Below are positions 57,562 through 64,000 of a stretch of DNA of 64,000 nt, in pieces. The stretch is from Octopus vulgaris (lineage: Eukaryota). How positions within the stretch are numbered: position 1 is the stretch's first letter; each line of letters starts with the position of its first letter. The notes beneath the pieces are model-generated. The model was not told the DNA's origin and did not search any database. It was given only the letters and a program-made list of their open reading frames with translations. The translations under genes were made by a program, and so were the position numbers. The DNA lies in the NCBI GenBank assembly GCA_951406725.2, contig OX597824.1, positions 18,662,001-18,726,000 of the forward strand, written 5' to 3'.

Positions 57562-57798
57562 AATTCAATATGATTTATTTTCAGTATATACCAGATGTAT
57601 AATCCAACTCGCTGTCAATACAAAAGGTACGAATTATTCTGATGTGCATATAAACGATAAACTGAAGGCTTTTACGTAGCTAAATTAAACCAACACAATA
57701 CCTGATTTCTTCATAAAACTAATGCTGTCTTTGAGTAAAGAATTCAATATGATTTATTTTCGGTATATACTAGATGTATAATCCAACTCGCTGTCAAT
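57562..57798. repeat. ~58-bp direct repeat 180 bp apart
   Basis: aattcaatatgatttatttt..tataatccaactcgctgtcaata occurs twice. Confidence 0.8.
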
Positions 57799-57990
57799 AT
57801 AGCTTTCTGTTGGCTTGAAACGTAAATGACCTCCTCGCGTTCCCTTGCGTGAAAGTAATACATCTGCTTGTTGTTCATACACCTGTCTTCATCTTTTGTT
57901 TTCCTGTCAATTTCAACTATATATATGTATATATATATATATATACTTAGAAATGGATGCGTGGCGTTCAATCAAATAATACTATAAATA

Positions 57991-58087
<97 letters not shown>

Positions 58088-58822
58088 TATATGGGTACAG
58101 GACGTCACAAACTGTGTAAACAACATGAAATACGAAAACAAAGGAGTTAAATACACAAACAACGAGAGGAAAATATAGACTCGTTCTGGGCTAACGACCC
58201 TCCATGTTTGTTTTCGTTCGGTTTTCTTGTATGTCTCCACTGCCCTGTTTTCGTTTCCAAATTTGACCCTCTATTATAACTCCTAAATTTTATTACATTG
58301 AATTTATTTATTGAATGGGTGCTATTAGACGAATAGGAATTACGAAGAAAAATTAGATGTACCATGTGAGAAAAATTTTACAAATTGGAAATCAAACTCC
58401 TAATTATTTCCCCTTAGCTCGTTTTATTATTATTCTATGTTTTTAATATTTTACAAATTGTTGCTGGCTAAAACACTTTTCAAATACATATCTATATATA
58501 AAACCCTTTTCCATTTGGCCAAGTTAGGCTCGAGTGAAATTTGCTTGGCTGATGAGGTCAGGGAATATTTTCCTTGCCTGCAAACAAAATTCTTATATAA
58601 ATAAATTTTGCGAAGTAATTTTTCATTTCTTTTTTTAAAGTTCTCTCTAATGTTTTACTTTTTTAGGTATCACACATAGTATGTTCAGTTATTTTCCTCT
58701 TTCTCCTACAACGAAGGAATTTCACCTAGTTGAGTATTTTTTCACGAACTTCAAGAGACCCGTTACTATAACTAAGCAGTTATTTGCGTTGTATGACTAA
58801 TTAATTTGGTTGAATAAATGTT

Positions 58823-58858
<36 letters not shown>

Positions 58859-58879
58859 CTGACAGACAGACAGACAGAC

Positions 58880-58992
<113 letters not shown>

Positions 58993-59210
58993 CTTACGTG
59001 TGTGTGTTTGACTGAGCATGTGCAAAGGAGAAGCTATCTAGTCTGAGCCGTTGATGGATTAATATTGATTAATGCACATTAACATGTAGATTTGAGCATG
59101 ACTATCTACATATATATATATATACATATATACAAGCATGTGTGTGTGTGTGTGTATTTGTGTGTGCATATTTATGTAAGTGTATATATACATATATATA
59201 TATATGTATA

Positions 59211-59263
<53 letters not shown>

Positions 59264-59960
59264 TATTTCTTTCTCTGGAGCACAAGGACTCTTAAGATCG
59301 GTTGTCCGGTTTCCAAGGAGTATAAATGACCAATATCTTAACATTTCCCTGAACGGTAGGCCGGCTTATTACAGACTTTCAGGTCAACAATTCTAATGGG
59401 TGGAGGCTAGTCGATTAGATCAACACCGGTACTTCACTGGCACTTAATTAAATCGGCCCCTAAAGGTAGTATTTCAGTAGTATTTGAAATCAGAACGTAA
59501 ATGTCCAATGTGCTCGAGATTCCACCAGACTGTAACCTTAATAGATATAAATTTGTGCGCTGTGGTGTGGCTGTGAACAGTATGTATGTCCGCATATATA
59601 TCCATATCCATCGGTTTTGATGAATAAGGCAAAAAGTACTCAATGTCATTGGTTAATTGTAATATTTAAATGTACGTTTTCTGACCTAGTGGCCTACAAT
59701 TTTGGGGAGGGCATTGTTACCGGATCTTCAAACGGAAACATATTAGAATAGTTTATCTGTGTCTTAAGGATGGACAGCGTATCGGGTAACATATGCATTG
59801 TGTGTGGTGGAGGGTGTTGGTGGGTGGTTTGTGTATCTATCTATTTATAACCATATCAGGAGAGTGTTGGGATCCGCTGGACCTAATTTACCCAAGGCTC
59901 GCCGTATGTCATGACGACGCTCCTATGACTTCATCAAGGAAATATGGAGCCTGTCATGAC

Positions 59961-60014
<54 letters not shown>

Positions 60015-60340
60015 GTGTGTGTGAGCGTGTGTGTGTGTATGTATGTATGTATATACATAGGGAAATAGACATATATGTGCATATATATATATATATGTAT
60101 ATATATATATGTGTGTGTGTATGTATGTATGTATATATATGTATATATGTATATATATATATGTGTATGTGTATGTATGTATGTATATACATAGAGAAAT
60201 AGACATATATGTGCATGTATATATGTATATGTATATATATCTAAATATATATATATGTATATATATATGAGGTGCAGTAGACGTATATTCAAATTCATAT
60301 CTAAATTATGTTGTCACTCAAACAGGCATACATGCTCACC

Positions 60341-60373
<33 letters not shown>

Positions 60374-61141
60374 TTATGCAGAGACAATAACAAATTTCCT
60401 TCCATATCTTACACCCAGAATAAAAGGGAAACAAATAAATATACAAAAATAAACGACAACATTAGTAGAATCAGATGAAGTGGAAAAAAACAAACAACAA
60501 ACCAAACGAAACACACTTGGTGAGGCACCAGCTGTTGGTTTATTGTTAGTGTGATTGGACTGTGACAATGGACGCAAAGCAAGTGGCCGCCATTTTGTGT
60601 TGAGGATATACATTCGTTTTATAGGCCAAACAAAACCTTCTTTAAGAGTCTAAACAAGGCCGATAGTTGCAGTTGTGAAACAGATCGATAACGTGTCGTT
60701 ATTGTTGTTGTTGTTGTTGTTGTTGTTGTGAATAGCTTTAGGAGAGACGAAAAAGGAATAGCGACTGCCTTTCTCTTTGAGTTGTTTGTTGTTGTTGTTG
60801 TTTTTGATGGTGGTGGTGGTGGTGGTGTGTTGGACGGACACTCCTTGTGAGAGGAGCACTGACAACAATAAAGAACAACAGCGATGGTAACGATGATAAC
60901 AACAACAACAAGAAAAAACAATAACAGCAACAGCATCAATATGTTCTATACGATCATCACTGTCATTGCCGTCCCTCTCTCCCTCATTTTTATCCTCTTC
61001 CTCCTCCTCCTCCTCCTCATCCTCATCATCATCGTCATTATCATTATTATCATCATTGTCGTTGGCATCATCGTTATTTTCATCATCATTGTCGTCGTCA
61101 TCATCATCATCATCATCATCATTATAATCATCGACGTCATC

Positions 61142-61173
<32 letters not shown>

Positions 61174-61334
61174 CATCATCATTATTATCATCATCATTGT
61201 CGTCGGCAGCAGCGTTATTTTCGTCATCATCATCATCATCATCATTATAATCATCGATGTCGTCATCATCATCATCATCATCATTATTACCATCGTTGTC
61301 GTCGGCAGCAGCGTTATTTTCTTCGTCATCGTCG

Positions 61335-61375
<41 letters not shown>

Positions 61376-61801
61376 GTAACGATCAACATCAGCAGTTTCG
61401 GTAGAGTTCTAATATTCAGCTCGTACATACATAACAACAATAAACAGTTTATCAAAGAACAGGGGGGAGGGGAAATAATTCTATAGGACACAACCCCAAA
61501 GCGTTCTATAGAACTATTTCCAGTTTCTTTTATATTTTTATATTAAAAAACCATTTAACGATTTTGTTCCAAAATCAATTTTTGTTATCACGAGATTTAT
61601 AGTGTCCATTGTATGAACCCCATACAGGGTCCCGATACATCAATGGACTATATGTGAAATGACGAGATGATCACATTGGAACGATATTGATAATTGATCT
61701 ATTCAATCAGAGCTGGCTGTATATGAACCTCGTACCGGGTCCTGATTCGGGGCTACTGTGACGAAATATACGCTCCTGTGTATATCTTGTGTGTATCAAG
61801 T

Positions 61802-62248
61802 CGGCGAGCTGGCAGAAACGTTAGCGCGCCGGGCAAAATGCTTAGCGGTATTTCGTCTGTCATTACGTTCTGAGTTCAAATTCCGGCGAGGTCGACTTTG
61901 CCGTTCATCATTTCGGGGTCGATAAATAATGTACCTATTTCTTTACTACCCACAAGGGGCTAAACACAGAGAGGACAAACAAGGACAGACAAACGGATTA
62001 AGTCGATTATATCGACCCCAGAGCGTAACTGGTACTTAAATTATCGACCGCCGAGAGGATGAAAGGCAAAGTCGACCTCGGCGGAATTTAAACTCATAAC
62101 GTAACGGCAGACGAAATACGGCTTCGCATTTCGCCCGGCGTGCTAACGTTTCTGCCAGCTCGCACTGGGATCGATGTAATCGACTTAATCTCTTTATCTG
62201 TCCTTGTTTGTCCCTATGTTTAGCCCCTTGTGGGCAGTAAAGAAATAT
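61802..62248. mobile_element. SINE A (+) interrupted by SINE A (-, ~61935-62163)
   Basis: Host halves are collinear; outer TSD atatcttgtRtgtatca. Confidence 0.8.
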
Positions 62249-62699
62249 AATATCTTGTATGTATCATTCGTCTTCAATGAGAAGCCTCTACGTGCTTCCC
62301 CGATTTGCTAGAAATAAGAGACAAGTTTCCTATGAATAACACTGCTCTCTTTAAAAATAAAAGATATTGGGAAATGAAACGTGCGATGAACTAAAGTTAG
62401 CACAGATTTGGTTATTGATCTATCTATTCAATCAGACGAGTTGGCTGTGATGGAATAGCCACATTGAAGCATCTTTGACCATTGGTCCATGGGATGGTGA
62501 TTTTAAGACGTATTTATTCTGTGTTATGCTGGATGAAAATAGACATACATGGGATATTATCATTTGAAATGTCTTTGATCATTCTTTGAATCAATCACAG
62601 GAGGGATGGTCGCATTAGAAACTCTTTGATCAATGATCTGCTCGGTCAGAGCTGACGTAAATGGGATGATTGACCTGTTAGAAATAACAACCAAACCTA

Positions 62700-63662
62700 T
62701 TGTAAGTGCGTCACTGGTACTTATTTAATCGACCCTGAAAGGATGAAAGGCAAAGTCGACCTCGGCGGAATTTGAACTCAGAACGTAACGGCAGTCGAAA
62801 TACTGCTGAGCACTCCGCCCGGCGTGCTAACGTTTCTTATTTCTTTATTGCCTACAAGGGGCTACACACAGAGGGGACAAAGAAGGACAGATAAACGGAC
62901 AAACCGCTAAACATTTCACCCGGCGTGCTAACGTTTCTGCCTGCTCGCCGCCTTAAAGACGACAGAACCTTATACCTATTTCTTTACTACCCACAAGGGG
63001 CTAAACACAGAGGAGACAAACATATTAAGTCGATTATATCTACCCCAGTGCGTAACTGGTACTTATTTAATCGACCCGAAAGGATGAAAGGCAAAGTCGA
63101 CCTCAGTGGAATTTGAAGTCAGAACGTAGCGGCAGACGAAATACCTATTTCTTTACTACCCACAAGGGGCTAAACACAGAGAGGACAAACAATGACAGAC
63201 AGACGGATTAAGTCGATTACATCGACCCCAGTGTGTAACTGGTACTTATTTAATCGACCCAGAAAGGATGACAGGCAAAGTCGACCTCAGAGGAATTTGA
63301 ACTCAGAACGTAGCGGCAGACGAAATACCTATTTCTTTACGACCCACAAGGGGCTAAACACAGAGAGGACAAACAAGGACAGGCAAACGGATTAAGTCGA
63401 TTATATCGACCCCAGTGCGTAACTGGTACTTATTTAATCGACCCCGAAAGGATGAAAGGCAAAGTCGACTTCGGCGAAATTTGAGCTCAGAACGTAGCGA
63501 CAGATGAAATACTGCCAAGCACTTCGCTCGGCATGCTAACATTTCTTATTTCTTTACTGCCCACAAGGGGCTTCACACAGAGGGGACAAAGAAGGACAGA
63601 CAAACGGACACACCGCTAAACATTTCGCCCGCTTTGCTAACGTTTCTGCCAGCTCGCCGCCT
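62700..63662 (-). mobile_element. SINE family A concatemer (three ~180-bp modules plus short head-tail modules)
   Basis: Repeated plus-strand junction gacgaaatacc|tatttcttt. Confidence 0.85.
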
Positions 63663-64000
63663 TAAAGACAACAGAACATTATACCATGTTGGTAATTGTT
63701 ATTCACGGAACCACGTAAATTATGATACCAAGATTCTGCGTGACTATAAAGATTGTGGATTGTGTTTAGTACTGAAGTAAATTTTAGGATCCAGTATCAA
63801 CCCTATCTAATGGGAAGTTATCCATCTTCTTGTGTGACATTTTCAAAGATGGACCACTAAACGTATTAGGCACTAGAGAGCGAAAATCTTGGAATCGATG
63901 ATAATTCAAGTGAAAATAATTTTTTTTTGTTCTAATTGTTAAATTCTGCCACGCTAGAACAGAAGTGTTAGAGGTGTTAGTTTGTTAGTAACGACTAAGA

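Overview
This 64-kb window is AT-rich eukaryotic non-coding DNA (intronic or intergenic), saturated with microsatellites. The SINE repertoire and repeat density point to an octopod cephalopod (Octopus-like), which is an inference. I found no credible host protein-coding exon: nearly all listed ORFs are microsatellite or SINE read-throughs. Recognisable content is four tRNA-derived SINE families (called A-D here), decayed R4/Dong and L1/Tx1 LINE pieces sitting in microsatellites, mariner and Tigger remnants, a MITE and non-autonomous Helitrons (two joined head-to-tail). The most interesting signal is a dense set of small non-coding elements carrying type-I hammerhead-ribozyme (HHR) folds, about 14 motifs in at least 6 sequence families. 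They are mostly embedded in (TA)n and often arranged as head-to-head foldbacks, resembling Penelope-like or retrozyme-like elements. They include a family with a swapped G3-C8 catalytic core inside a single TSD-bounded palindromic insertion, and a ~210-bp fixed-end monomer with a CCGACGA core. All ribozyme calls are folds made by eye and untested, and repeat boundaries are approximate.
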